Positions 49,431 to 58,921 of a DNA stretch of 64,000 nucleotides are shown here, in pieces. This DNA comes from Candidatus Bathyarchaeia archaeon (GTDB taxonomy: Archaea > Thermoproteota > Bathyarchaeia > Bathyarchaeales > Bathycorpusculaceae): NCBI GenBank assembly GCA_050010755.1, contig JBEKKK010000001.1:480001-544000 (forward strand), read 5' to 3'. The position numbers and the translations under genes are program-made. Every line of letters starts with the position of its first letter. Within the stretch, counting starts at the first letter, position 1. The notes under the pieces were generated by a model, which was given only the letters and a program-made list of their open reading frames with translations, was not told where the DNA came from and searched no databases.

Positions 49431-51275
49431 GTGGAAGCTGAGGATTCGCTGAAACAGTCCATGGATGTTGCCGTTGAACGCTATTCGTCACTGTTCAAGC
49501 TACCCTCAGCGCGAAAAGTGCCACTACTACTCTTGCTTCTGTGTGTTGGAGGTGGTCTACTTTCAACAGCGATTCTCTCCTCCCTTCTCAAGGGTCTGGA
49601 AAACGGCTTGGAGGACGGTCTGTTCCTAGGCCTAAGTATTTTCTTCGCAAGTCTTTTTGCTGATTACATCATCAGCGCGCTGCTCCTGAAGAAGGACGCA
49701 GTCTTTGATCTGAGGAGAACCATGGCGCTTTCGATTTTCTGCTGGGCCGTGTGGCTTTTGTTCCTGTTTATCGGCGCTGCAATTAGTGCGGCAACGTCTG
49801 ATTTGAGATGGTGGATGCGACTCAGTCTCTTAGGGTTCTCGGCGGCGCTGATTCTTCGTTTCATAGTTTTCAATGCAGTTTCTTCAGCGAGTCGCAAGAG
49901 GCAGTTCGCGGCTTCTTTTCTTCAACCTTTTCTGAGCGTGGTTCCGTTTCTTGTTTTCTGGACGAGAATAGGTCCTCCCGTCGCTGTCACCGTCAACATG
50001 GTTGCCTTCCTGTGTTCTTCTGTCGTCATCGGTTTTGCGGCGAGTTTCAGCTTTCTCTTTCTTCTGAACCAAGTAAGTAAGCAAGCCGTTGGGCTTCAAT
50101 CTTTAGCGCTTTTCAGAGCGTTCATGCTTAGCTGGGTGTCGAACCTGAACCCACCGTTCGAAGAACTCCTTGAGGAGCTGGGCGAAGAACGGGAAGTTGA
50201 GGTTTCTCTGATGAAGTTTAGTTCTTCCCGACCAAAGGCAATAATGGTCGTTCCTTTAGTGCACCCGGGACCCTTCAAGAACATTGGAAGCAGCCTCATG
50301 CCGGCTATGCTCAAGACTTGCTTGGAAAAGGAACTCGGATGCGTGGCATGCGTCCCTCACGGGTTGTTTGGTCATGAATACGATTTGGCCTCGCAAGTTC
50401 AAAACATGAAGGTCATTTCCGATGTCGTAGCATCCGCGAAAAGCTTGGAAACTCAATACAAGAGTGCCTCTGCGTTTCTGACGGTCAGCAACGGTCTGGC
50501 CACTTCTTGCTGCCAAGTCTTCGGAAAATCCGCGTTCATATCTTTCACGCTTGCACCAAAAACCATCGAGGACCTGCCAGGGGAGTTGGAGAAATTTGTG
50601 CGCGAAGAAGCTGAGAAGCGCGGTCTGGGTCTCTGCGCGGTCGTAAACGCGCACAACAGCATCGATGGAACAGAGGAAGTGCAGGAATCTTTAGCTTCAT
50701 TAAAGGATGTGGCAACCAGATGCTTGGACAGCGCACTGTTGCTTAAGCAATCGCCGTTCGAAGTCGGCGCGGCCTCTGTGTTGCCCAAGGAGTTCAGTCT
50801 TGAAGACGGGATGGGATCCGGCGGGATCACCGTTACCGTGCTAAAGACTGATCAGCAAAAGGCTGCGTTCGTCGTCATCGACGGTAACAACATGGTCTCT
50901 GGGCTGCGCGAACGAATTCTTTCATCGCTACGTTCGATGGGAATCGATGAGGGCGAGGTATTCACGACCGATACGCACGAGGTGAACGCTTTGGTATTGA
51001 CTTCACACGGTTATCACCCTGTCGGCGAGGCCATAGAAAACGAAAAACTCATAGCTTACATCAGAGACGCGACCAGCTCCGCATTGGCCAACCTGGAGTT
51101 TGTGGGGGTCTCATTTTGCAACGTTAAGATTCCTAACGTGAAGGTCGTCGGAGCAAAACAGCTTGAGACGTTGTGCCTTTTGATAGATAAAACGCTTCGA
51201 AGAGCTAAGAGAGCAGCTGTCCCAATCTTCGGTATCAGCGGGCTGCTTCTTATGTTGCTTTTGTTGTTTGTTTGA
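49431..51275 (+). CDS. DUF2070 family membrane protein
   Basis: N-terminal TMs; VHPGPF, PHG, NAHN, IDGNN, TTDTH motifs. Confidence 0.9.
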   Translation: MEAEDSLKQSMDVAVERYSSLFKLPSARKVPLLLLLLCVGGGLLSTAILSSLLKGLENGLEDGLFLGLSIFFASLFADYIISALLLKKDAVFDLRRTMALSIFCWAVWLLFLFIGAAISAATSDLRWWMRLSLLGFSAALILRFIVFNAVSSASRKRQFAASFLQPFLSVVPFLVFWTRIGPPVAVTVNMVAFLCSSVVIGFAASFSFLFLLNQVSKQAVGLQSLALFRAFMLSWVSNLNPPFEELLEELGEEREVEVSLMKFSSSRPKAIMVVPLVHPGPFKNIGSSLMPAMLKTCLEKELGCVACVPHGLFGHEYDLASQVQNMKVISDVVASAKSLETQYKSASAFLTVSNGLATSCCQVFGKSAFISFTLAPKTIEDLPGELEKFVREEAEKRGLGLCAVVNAHNSIDGTEEVQESLASLKDVATRCLDSALLLKQSPFEVGAASVLPKEFSLEDGMGSGGITVTVLKTDQQKAAFVVIDGNNMVSGLRERILSSLRSMGIDEGEVFTTDTHEVNALVLTSHGYHPVGEAIENEKLIAYIRDATSSALANLEFVGVSFCNVKIPNVKVVGAKQLETLCLLIDKTLRRAKRAAVPIFGISGLLLMLLLLFV

Positions 51276-51333
51276 GCCAAGGCTAATAAGGTTGAAGTTT
51301 TTCATGTTTAATTTCTCACCGGAGGGGTAAGCA

Positions 51334-51903
51334 GTGATTAAAGAAGTGAGAATACATGGCCGTGGTGGACAAGGAAGCGTCACTGCCGCTGAGGTTTTGG
51401 CTCATGCCGCTTTTTTCGAGGGCAAGTGTGTTCAGGCTTTTCCGTATTTTGGGGCGGAGCGGCGAGGGGCGCCTGTTAAGGCCTTCGCGCGGATAAGTGA
51501 TGGACGGATGCTTGTGCACAGTCAGGTTTACACTCCGGACTATGTAATAGTGCTTGACCCTTACATCTACAAGGTCGTAGACGTTACAGAAGGCTTGAAG
51601 GAGAACGGGATTATCGTTATCAACACCAAGAAGAAGCCTGAAGAGATCGGGTTGAAGGGTTGGCGGGTTGCCACTGTCGATGCGACTGGCATCGCCTTGG
51701 AGCTAGGTCTGCTCGTCGCTGGTCTGCCCGTCGTTAACACCTCGATTCTTGGGGCTTTCGCCAAGGCTACCGACGAGGTGAAACTCGAGAGTGTTTTGAA
51801 AGCCGTAAGAGAAACGTGGTCCGGCGTTGCAGGAGAAAAGAACTCGAGGGCGACGGAACTAGCTTATGAACGGCTGACCAAATGGTGGGATGGTGAAGCC
51901 TGA
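51334..51903 (+). CDS. porG: 2-oxoacid (pyruvate/ketoisovalerate):ferredoxin oxidoreductase gamma subunit
   Basis: EVRIHGRGGQG, FGAERRGAPV. Confidence 0.93.
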   Translation: MIKEVRIHGRGGQGSVTAAEVLAHAAFFEGKCVQAFPYFGAERRGAPVKAFARISDGRMLVHSQVYTPDYVIVLDPYIYKVVDVTEGLKENGIIVINTKKKPEEIGLKGWRVATVDATGIALELGLLVAGLPVVNTSILGAFAKATDEVKLESVLKAVRETWSGVAGEKNSRATELAYERLTKWWDGEA

Positions 51904-52187
51904 TGAGCAAAGTCCCGAAGAAACGCAAAGAGCTTCCAATTACTCCGCTATCTCTGCCAACAGTTGGAAGCATGGGAAAGACAGGGTCTTGGAGAACTTT
52001 TCGCCCTGAAATTAACTTTTCTAAATGTACACGGTGTACCTTGTGCTGGGTTTACTGTCCAGACGCGGCAATTACGAGAGGGGAGGATGACTCTCCGAAA
52101 ATAGATTACGATTACTGCAAAGGCTGCGGGATATGTGCTAACGAGTGCCCGACCAAGGCCATTACGATGAAGAGGGAGGAAGAATAG
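51903..52187 (+). CDS. porD: 2-oxoacid:ferredoxin oxidoreductase delta subunit (2x[4Fe-4S])
   Basis: TGSWR, CTRCTLCWVYCP, CKGCGICANECP. Confidence 0.93.
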   Translation: MSKVPKKRKELPITPLSLPTVGSMGKTGSWRTFRPEINFSKCTRCTLCWVYCPDAAITRGEDDSPKIDYDYCKGCGICANECPTKAITMKREEE

Positions 52188-53366
52188 TTGGTACAAACAG
52201 TTATTGATACGGCAAACCACATCGCCGGCTACGCGGCGAGAGCAGCCCGGGTTAAAGTCGTAGCGGCATATCCGATTACTCCTCAGACAACTATAGTTGA
52301 GAAGATCGCCGAGTTTGTTGAAAATCATGAGATGGACGCGGAGTACATCCGCGTGGAATCTGAGCACAGCGCTATGGTGGCTTGCATAGGCGCCGCCGCA
52401 ACCGGGGTCAGAACGTTCACGGCAACGTCTGCGCACGGTTTGGCTCTTATGCATGAGGCTTTGCACTGGGCGTCCGGCTCACGTCTGCCGATAGTGATGC
52501 CTGTTGTCAACCGCGCGATGGGGGCGCCTTGGAGCATATGGCCGGATCTGAGCGATTCGCTTTCTCAGCGGGACACCGGTTGGATCCAGTTCTACTGTGC
52601 TGACAACCAAGAAGTGTTCGACACGATAATTCAAGCTTACAAACTCTGTGAAGATGAGCGTGTTTTTCTCCCTGCGATGGTGTGCCTCGAAGGTTTCATT
52701 CTTTCACACACTTACACCGCTGCAAATATTCCGGATCAGGAAAAAATCGATGCCTACCTGCCACCTTACAAATCCGGCTGGACCCTCGACATTGACAATC
52801 CCTGCTCTCACGCAAACCTGGTCTCGCCTGAATGGTACATGGAGTTTCGCTACATGATTCAAGAAGCGATGGACAACGCGAAGAAACTCATTCCACAAAT
52901 CGACAAAGAGTATGGAAAACGCTTCGGCTTCGAGTACGGAGGTCTCGTTGAGAAATACCGTTGCGAGGATGCAGACTTGGTGATGGTGACGATGGGAACC
53001 ATCGGGAGCGAGGCCAAACTCGCCGTGGACAAGTTGCGCAGAGAGGGGCTGAAGGTCGGGTCGGCAAGAGTCCGCGTTTACCGTCCATTCCCTGAAGAAG
53101 AAATGGTGAAGCTTGCAGAAAACGTGCCCATGATCGCCACGATAGACCGGCACATATCCTTCGGCATGGAAGGGTTTCTAGCCTCAGAAACCAAAGCCTC
53201 CCTGTTCAACCAGAAAGATCGTCCCATGCTCGCGGGCTTTATCGCTGGCTTGGGAGGAAGAGACGTAACGTCTGAAACAGTCGAAAAGATAGCTAAGAAA
53301 TCGCTGAAGTCGCTGAAGGACGGCAAGGTGGAAAACGAAACCGAATGGATAGACTTGAGGGAGTGA
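52188..53366 (+). CDS. porA: 2-oxoacid:ferredoxin oxidoreductase alpha subunit
   Basis: AYPITPQT, ESEHSA, GLGGRD. Confidence 0.93.
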   Translation: MVQTVIDTANHIAGYAARAARVKVVAAYPITPQTTIVEKIAEFVENHEMDAEYIRVESEHSAMVACIGAAATGVRTFTATSAHGLALMHEALHWASGSRLPIVMPVVNRAMGAPWSIWPDLSDSLSQRDTGWIQFYCADNQEVFDTIIQAYKLCEDERVFLPAMVCLEGFILSHTYTAANIPDQEKIDAYLPPYKSGWTLDIDNPCSHANLVSPEWYMEFRYMIQEAMDNAKKLIPQIDKEYGKRFGFEYGGLVEKYRCEDADLVMVTMGTIGSEAKLAVDKLRREGLKVGSARVRVYRPFPEEEMVKLAENVPMIATIDRHISFGMEGFLASETKASLFNQKDRPMLAGFIAGLGGRDVTSETVEKIAKKSLKSLKDGKVENETEWIDLRE

Positions 53367-54298
53367 ACAAGATGGTGACCGTGAAAGAACTTCCGAGAGA
53401 GGAATACTTGCTCAAGGGACACGCTGCCTGCGCAGGCTGCGGCCCAGCCATTTCGCTTCGACTGCTTTTCAAGGCGTTGGGCAACAAGATAATTCTGGTC
53501 GTACCCGCGTGCTGCACTACTGTGATACAGGGGCCGTACCCGTACACTTCATCGGCTGTTCCGCTTCAGAACATCTTGTTCGAGGCCACAGGTGCCGCGG
53601 CCTCTGGGATCGCCGCTGCCCTTCGCATGAGAAAACTCGAGGACATAACAGTCGTCGGCTGGGCAGGAGACGGCGGAACCGCTGACATCGGGATCCAAGC
53701 GCTGTCAGGAGCGGCTGAAAGAGAAACCAACTTCATATACATCTGCTACGACAACGAAGCTTACGGAAACACTGGAATGCAGCGTAGCGGAGCGACACCT
53801 TACGGTGCATGGACAACCACGACGCCGTTTGGCAAAAAGGAACGCAAGAAAGACATGCCCTTTATCATGGCGGCACACAGGATACCCTACGTTGCCACAG
53901 CCTGCACATCCTATCCGGTAGACTTTGTGAGCAAGCTCAGAAAGGCCAGGGGCATCAAGGGTACGAAGTATATTCATCTTCTTGCGCCGTGCCCGACTGG
54001 CTGGCGGTACGATACGAGCAAGACCGTTGAAATGGGTCGACTTGCGGTGCAGACTGGCTTGTGGGTTCTTTACGAAATCGAAGACGGAAAGTTCATGCTT
54101 AACCCCCCGAGTGACCGCCTCGTTGACAAGTCTAGGCGTAAGCCCCTTAAGGAATATTTTGTCTCGCAGGGGCGCTTTCGTGGTCTAGGCGAGGATGATT
54201 TGGGGAAGATTCAGAAGTGGGTCGACGAAGACTGGGAGAAGTACGGTAAGCTCGCCTCAAACTGTGTGTCTGATCCAGCTTTGTACGGAAAAATATAA
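53345..54298 (+). CDS. porB: 2-oxoacid:ferredoxin oxidoreductase beta subunit (TPP-binding); true start probably ATG at 53372
   Basis: GHAACAGC, GDGGTADIG, YDNEAYGNTG, PCPTGW. Confidence 0.93.
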   Translation: MDRLEGVNKMVTVKELPREEYLLKGHAACAGCGPAISLRLLFKALGNKIILVVPACCTTVIQGPYPYTSSAVPLQNILFEATGAAASGIAAALRMRKLEDITVVGWAGDGGTADIGIQALSGAAERETNFIYICYDNEAYGNTGMQRSGATPYGAWTTTTPFGKKERKKDMPFIMAAHRIPYVATACTSYPVDFVSKLRKARGIKGTKYIHLLAPCPTGWRYDTSKTVEMGRLAVQTGLWVLYEIEDGKFMLNPPSDRLVDKSRRKPLKEYFVSQGRFRGLGEDDLGKIQKWVDEDWEKYGKLASNCVSDPALYGKI

Positions 54299-54362
54299 GG
54301 CAGGGCCCACGATATAGGCTTCCTTGCGACATGAACCGCTGAGAATCAATGGAGAAGAGTGA

Positions 54363-54728
54363 TTGAAAATGACGGAACAAAAGCCTAACAGCACCGAGAG
54401 AAAAGAGAGGGCAAAAAGAGCCCCGCGAACTGCTTCGCCGAGTAACCCGCAGATCGACGTCGAAAGCGTCGTGTTCGTCGGAAACAAACCTGTGATGAAC
54501 TACGTGCTTGCCTGCATGATGCACCTCAACTCTGGCTCAAAAAAGATCGTCGTTAAAGCCAGGGGGCGTGCAATTCCGAGGGCTGTGGACACCGTGGAAG
54601 TGCTAAGGCGCTCGTTTGCAAAAGGCGTGGAACTGGAGGGCATAAACCTGTCCACTGAAGAAGTCGACAGGGAGCAGGGTCGAAAGTCAAAGGTTTCAGC
54701 CATTGAAATATCGGTAAGCAAGCAATAG
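54363..54728 (+). CDS. albA: DNA/RNA-binding protein Alba with N-terminal extension
   Basis: VFVGNKPVMNYV, KARGRAI..AVD, VSAIEI. Confidence 0.93.
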   Translation: MKMTEQKPNSTERKERAKRAPRTASPSNPQIDVESVVFVGNKPVMNYVLACMMHLNSGSKKIVVKARGRAIPRAVDTVEVLRRSFAKGVELEGINLSTEEVDREQGRKSKVSAIEISVSKQ

Positions 54729-54871
54729 GCGGCTTCCCTTTCCTGCAGAACTAACGGGCATCTAGAAGTCAGTGTTGGCTGTTGATAAGAAACGTTTCTT
54801 TTCTCTGCGGGAGTATAGATAGCTATATAAAACCTCTTTTCTAACTTTTAGTTCCAAACTGGTGGTTTGCA

Positions 54872-56209
54872 ATGGCCGATTATCCGAAGATAGTTGTTAG
54901 TCCTCCTGGTCCGAAGGCGAGAGAACTCGTCAAGAAAGATGAGAAGTTCATTTCGCCTTCGTACGGCAGGTTTTATCCTCTTGTCGTTGAATCCGGCAAG
55001 GGCTGTATCGTGAAGGATGTTGACGGAAACGAGTTCATAGACTTCAACTCGGGCTTGGTGTGTATGGCCGTTGGCCACAATCATCCCAAGGTCGTTGCGG
55101 CCATAAAGAACCAGTGTGACCGTTTCCTGCACTATTCGAACACGGACTTCTTTTATCGAGAGGTTGTTGACCTGGCTGAGAAGCTGGCCCAAATCACGCC
55201 TGGAGGTCCTGAGAAGAAGGTCTACTTTGGCAACAGCGGTGCCGAGGCAATTGAAGCAGCCGTTAAGCTTGCGAAGTGGCACAGCCGAAGACAATTGTTC
55301 ATTGCGTTCACGAGCGCTTTTCACGGACGCACGATAGGAGCGTTGTCCTTTACGGCGAGCAAGCCGACTCAAAAGCGTTACTTCTTTCCGCTCATGCCTG
55401 GAGTAACTCACGTTCCGTACGCGTACTGTTACCGTTGTGCTTACAAACTGACGTATCCTGATTGTCACTACTGGTGCGTGGACTTTATCGATGAGCAGGT
55501 CCTGCAGAAGTACGTCCCTCCCGAAGACACTGCGGCGATTGTCTTCGAGTCCATTCAGGGTGAGGGCGGATACGTAGTTCCTCCCCCAGAGTATTTCCAG
55601 CGGATAAAGAAGCTGGCCGACAAGTATGGTCTGCTACTCATCGACGATGAAGTGCAGTCAGGCATGGGTAGGACGGGAAAATGGTTTGCAATCGAACACT
55701 GGGGGATAGAGCCTGACATAGTGTGCACTGCGAAGGCCTTAGCATCAGGCTTGCCATTGGGAGCAACGATTGCCAAGGCGAAAATCATGGACTGGGTTCC
55801 AGGCTCGCACGCGAGCACGTTCGGCGGTAACCCCTTGTCGTGTGTTGCCGCGAGCGCGGTCATCGACGTTGTGAAGGATGAGAAGCTTCTGGAGAACGCG
55901 AACAAGCAGGGTACATACATTATGAAGAGGCTTGAGGATTTGAAAGAGAACTGCGAAATCGTCGGCGACGTGAGAGGCAAGGGATTGATGATAGGCATGG
56001 AAATCGTCGAGGACAAGGAAAGCAGGAAACCAGCCCCTGAGAAAGTTACGGAGATCATGATGCGTTCATGGAAGCGCGGCATCAACGTCATCAGCTGCGG
56101 AGCCTCAACCATCAGGATTGCACCGCCGCTAATCATAACGAGAGACCTCGTTGACTCAGCGTTGGACATAATTGAAGATGTAACAAAAGAAGTCGAAAAA
56201 GAAAAGTGA
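54872..56209 (+). CDS. Class III PLP aminotransferase (acetylornithine/4-aminobutyrate type)
   Basis: NSGAEA, FHGRT, ESIQGEGG, DEVQSGMGRTG, AKALASG, STFGGN. Confidence 0.95.
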   Translation: MADYPKIVVSPPGPKARELVKKDEKFISPSYGRFYPLVVESGKGCIVKDVDGNEFIDFNSGLVCMAVGHNHPKVVAAIKNQCDRFLHYSNTDFFYREVVDLAEKLAQITPGGPEKKVYFGNSGAEAIEAAVKLAKWHSRRQLFIAFTSAFHGRTIGALSFTASKPTQKRYFFPLMPGVTHVPYAYCYRCAYKLTYPDCHYWCVDFIDEQVLQKYVPPEDTAAIVFESIQGEGGYVVPPPEYFQRIKKLADKYGLLLIDDEVQSGMGRTGKWFAIEHWGIEPDIVCTAKALASGLPLGATIAKAKIMDWVPGSHASTFGGNPLSCVAASAVIDVVKDEKLLENANKQGTYIMKRLEDLKENCEIVGDVRGKGLMIGMEIVEDKESRKPAPEKVTEIMMRSWKRGINVISCGASTIRIAPPLIITRDLVDSALDIIEDVTKEVEKEK

Positions 56210-56261
56210 TGTCCGTTTACGCCGACATCTTCTGCTTCACCAAGCGCGACAGTGAAGCAAT

Positions 56262-57098
56262 CTAGCCTTGTTTTTTGCCGACGAGAAGGAAGTGTTCAGC
56301 GCTTCCCACGACTGACGGGTGAGCGCATGTGTCAAGCAATATTTCTACCCACATGCTCCATTTTTCCCGATCCTTGTAAAGCCTGTTGGTCTCCTTCTGT
56401 AGATGAGAGGAGAGCCCTTCTAAACCCGCCATCTCCAAAACTTGTACATCTCGCCGTTCGAAAAGCTCACGTAGCTCTTCAGGCAAGAACCAGTGCGCCG
56501 CAGTGAAGCCTTCCCCCTGCAGGCCTGGCACGTAGTCTCCGACTTCCAAGTGATGCTTCGCATACCGCATCTCGTGGGGGAAATTGGCCAGAATGGTTTT
56601 CAGCAGTCCAATGCGGCTTATGACTGAGACAAAAATCGGGGCATTCTTCTTTGCGACGCGTACGAGTTCTTCTGCGGCCTTTTCTCTCTGTTTGGCCTCG
56701 AGCAGATGGTTCAGGGGCGCACCCAAACATAAAACGGCATCGAACGATCCGTTGGAAAACGCTGAGAGATCCTCTACGGAGCCCTGCACGAACTGTCTGA
56801 CTTTTCGCAGGACTCCTGCTCGTCTCATTTTCTTTCTTGCTGTTTCCAGCATTTCAGGAACAAGATCCTGGAGAACGATGCTGTAGCCCTGCCTCGCCAG
56901 TTCAATGGAGTATCTGCCAGGCCCTCCGCCTGCGTCCAAGATTGTGCCGCGCTTTGGCAGGTATTTTTTGAGGAAGTGATTGGTGATGATGAACTCTATT
57001 CGGTGGTATGGATCCTTCTGGAGACGGTGCCACTCAGCGCTGGCGTGGCTTGAGTACCAGTCTTTAACGATTTTATCGTGTTTACCAGTGTCTTTCAT
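56262..57098 (-). CDS. Class I SAM-dependent methyltransferase
   Basis: ILDAGGGPG, FDAVLCLG. Confidence 0.92.
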   Translation of the reverse strand: MKDTGKHDKIVKDWYSSHASAEWHRLQKDPYHRIEFIITNHFLKKYLPKRGTILDAGGGPGRYSIELARQGYSIVLQDLVPEMLETARKKMRRAGVLRKVRQFVQGSVEDLSAFSNGSFDAVLCLGAPLNHLLEAKQREKAAEELVRVAKKNAPIFVSVISRIGLLKTILANFPHEMRYAKHHLEVGDYVPGLQGEGFTAAHWFLPEELRELFERRDVQVLEMAGLEGLSSHLQKETNRLYKDREKWSMWVEILLDTCAHPSVVGSAEHFLLVGKKQG

Positions 57099-57108
57099 GA
57101 CGTTTTCT

Positions 57109-57645
57109 TCAGCCCTTTTTCAATGGTTTCCTCTTCAATGCTGTTCCGCAGATTTGACAGTCTCTTGATTTGTAGTTTGCTGGGTATTTTTTGTGGCAGG
57201 CTGGGCAGTATCTCATCCACTGCAGTCTGCGGCGAATTCCAAATGTTGTGAGGGGAGCGAATTCGAATTTCATTTCGGTTGCGACGTTCTGGATGGAGTA
57301 GTCGTCCGTGGCGATTAATGGAGAATAGCCTTCTGTCTTGAGTTCCAGAGCTAAGGCCAGTACTTGAAGGTCGGTTTCTGAAAGAAAGAATGAGTCTCCC
57401 ATGCTGGAGGCGAAGGCTTTGGCCCTCTCTAAGAAGGTTTTCTGTGGGTTCTTGACTGTGACTCTTCCGTTTTCTATGGCGGTTCTGAATCTTTGGCCGG
57501 GCATGGTGTCTTCGGTTGTTTCTTCTCTGACTTTTGGGGTGGTGTACTGTTCCTCCTTGATTGTGAAAGGGTCGAAGCCGGCGACGATAGCGGACGTGTC
57601 TATGATTATTGCCCTTTTGCCTATTTTGTCCGAAGCGGTTTTCAC
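57109..57645 (-). CDS. nob1: Nob1-like rRNA maturation endonuclease (PIN + Zn ribbon)
   Basis: IIDTSA, LSETD, ATDDYSIQN, CPAC..CQICG; GTG start overlaps NAD kinase stop. Confidence 0.92.
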   Translation of the reverse strand: MKTASDKIGKRAIIIDTSAIVAGFDPFTIKEEQYTTPKVREETTEDTMPGQRFRTAIENGRVTVKNPQKTFLERAKAFASSMGDSFFLSETDLQVLALALELKTEGYSPLIATDDYSIQNVATEMKFEFAPLTTFGIRRRLQWMRYCPACHKKYPANYKSRDCQICGTALKRKPLKKG

Positions 57646-58481
57646 TGCATCCCTCTGAAGAGCAGCCTGCTCCTCAATCGGTGGTAAAAGTTTTCTCCGA
57701 GTCTTATGAAGGATGTTTGGTTGTTGGAGCGCGTGATCGTTAGGCTGGGTTGTTTGCGGCTTATGAGTTGGCGGCTGCGGCCGTCGATGAGTATGTGGGT
57801 TTTCTCTGGCTTGACAACTTCGATGGTTAGTATTGAATCTGCTGGGAAGACGATGGGGCGGAAGATGCTGAGTGGGCAGATGGGTGTTAGCACGAAGGCG
57901 TCTACGTCGGGGTCGAGGACGGGTCCGCCAGCTGAGAGTGAGTAGCCTGTGGAGCCGGTTTGTGTGGCTACTATGAGGCCGTCTGATTGGCAGTTTATGA
58001 TGGGTTCTTTGTTTCTGAGGATGCGTGTGTAAAGGAGTTTTGCGGGTTCGTCTGTTGTTACAACGACTTCGTTGAGGGCGTCGGGGAGCTTCGTCCCGTC
58101 TGCTGTTGTGGCGAGTTTCATGCATTTTTCGATTTTATATTCGCCGGCTAGGATTTTGTCGACGGCTGTGAGGGCGTGTTTAGGGTCGACTTCGGTGAGG
58201 AAGCCTCGGACTCCCATGTTTACTGCGAGTATTGGCGGTTCAGGTTTGGGGATGGAGAGGCATGTTCTGAGGATGGTTCCGTCGCCGCCGATGGTGATTA
58301 TAAAGTCGGTCTTCATTTTTTCTAGGGGAACCGTTTCTTGTCTTGTGCTGAGCCTTCCGGCCAGCGTATCTTCGACGACTATTGCTAGGCCGTTTGTTTT
58401 CAGATGGTGGGCTAGGTCGTCGGCGAGTTTCAAGGCGTTTTTCTTGTCATAACGCACTACCAAGCCTACGGTTTTGAACAG
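57642..58481 (-). CDS. nadK: NAD+ kinase; probable CTG start
   Basis: GGDGT, GFL, ALNE, DGLIVATQTGSTGYSLSAGGP; CTG 6 nt after GGTGA gives (M)FKTVGLVVR. Confidence 0.95.
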   Translation of the reverse strand: MFKTVGLVVRYDKKNALKLADDLAHHLKTNGLAIVVEDTLAGRLSTRQETVPLEKMKTDFIITIGGDGTILRTCLSIPKPEPPILAVNMGVRGFLTEVDPKHALTAVDKILAGEYKIEKCMKLATTADGTKLPDALNEVVVTTDEPAKLLYTRILRNKEPIINCQSDGLIVATQTGSTGYSLSAGGPVLDPDVDAFVLTPICPLSIFRPIVFPADSILTIEVVKPEKTHILIDGRSRQLISRKQPSLTITRSNNQTSFIRLGENFYHRLRSRLLFRGMQ

Positions 58482-58690
58482 GTTGCTTCACCTTCAAGCT
58501 GCTGTCGACAATTTGCGCGGGGTCAAGAGAGACTTTTCCAGTTTAGACCTCGCTTGCATGAGTTGGACCGCGTCTAGTTAACTCAGAATCGTGTATTTGA
58601 ATCTATTTCCATTGCCGCCCTGTTAGAACGTCTTGGCTAATTTATTGCTTAATGTACGCATCGTTGTGGTTACCCCTCCCCTTTTTTTCT

Positions 58691-58731
58691 TTACATCAGA
58701 TGTAATGTTGCTTTGTAATGTTGCAATGTAA
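58691..58731. repeat. Palindrome TTACATC-A-GATGTAA plus direct repeat TGTAATGTTGC x2
   Basis: ttacatcagatgtaatgttgctttgtaatgttgcaatgtaa. Confidence 0.65.
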
Positions 58732-58921
58732 GTCTCTATGTTGGCGAGCAGACTGTGTTCCGAAAGGTCAGGAATGGTTGCGAACGTGCAATAATGGCCT
58801 ATTTCTTAGCGGGTCTATGGGCGTAAAAAACAATGTTCCCAAACATGCCTTTAACACGCGATTCAGAGAGAGGGTCAGACAAGGCCAGTGCGTTGAATAG
58901 AGAAAGAAGGGGGATTGGTGG

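Noticed and set aside
57646-58125. Long N-terminal extension of Nob1 in the ORF track
   Set aside because: It is a shadow frame overlapping nadK, caused by A/C-rich codons. The PIN domain starts after GTG 57645.
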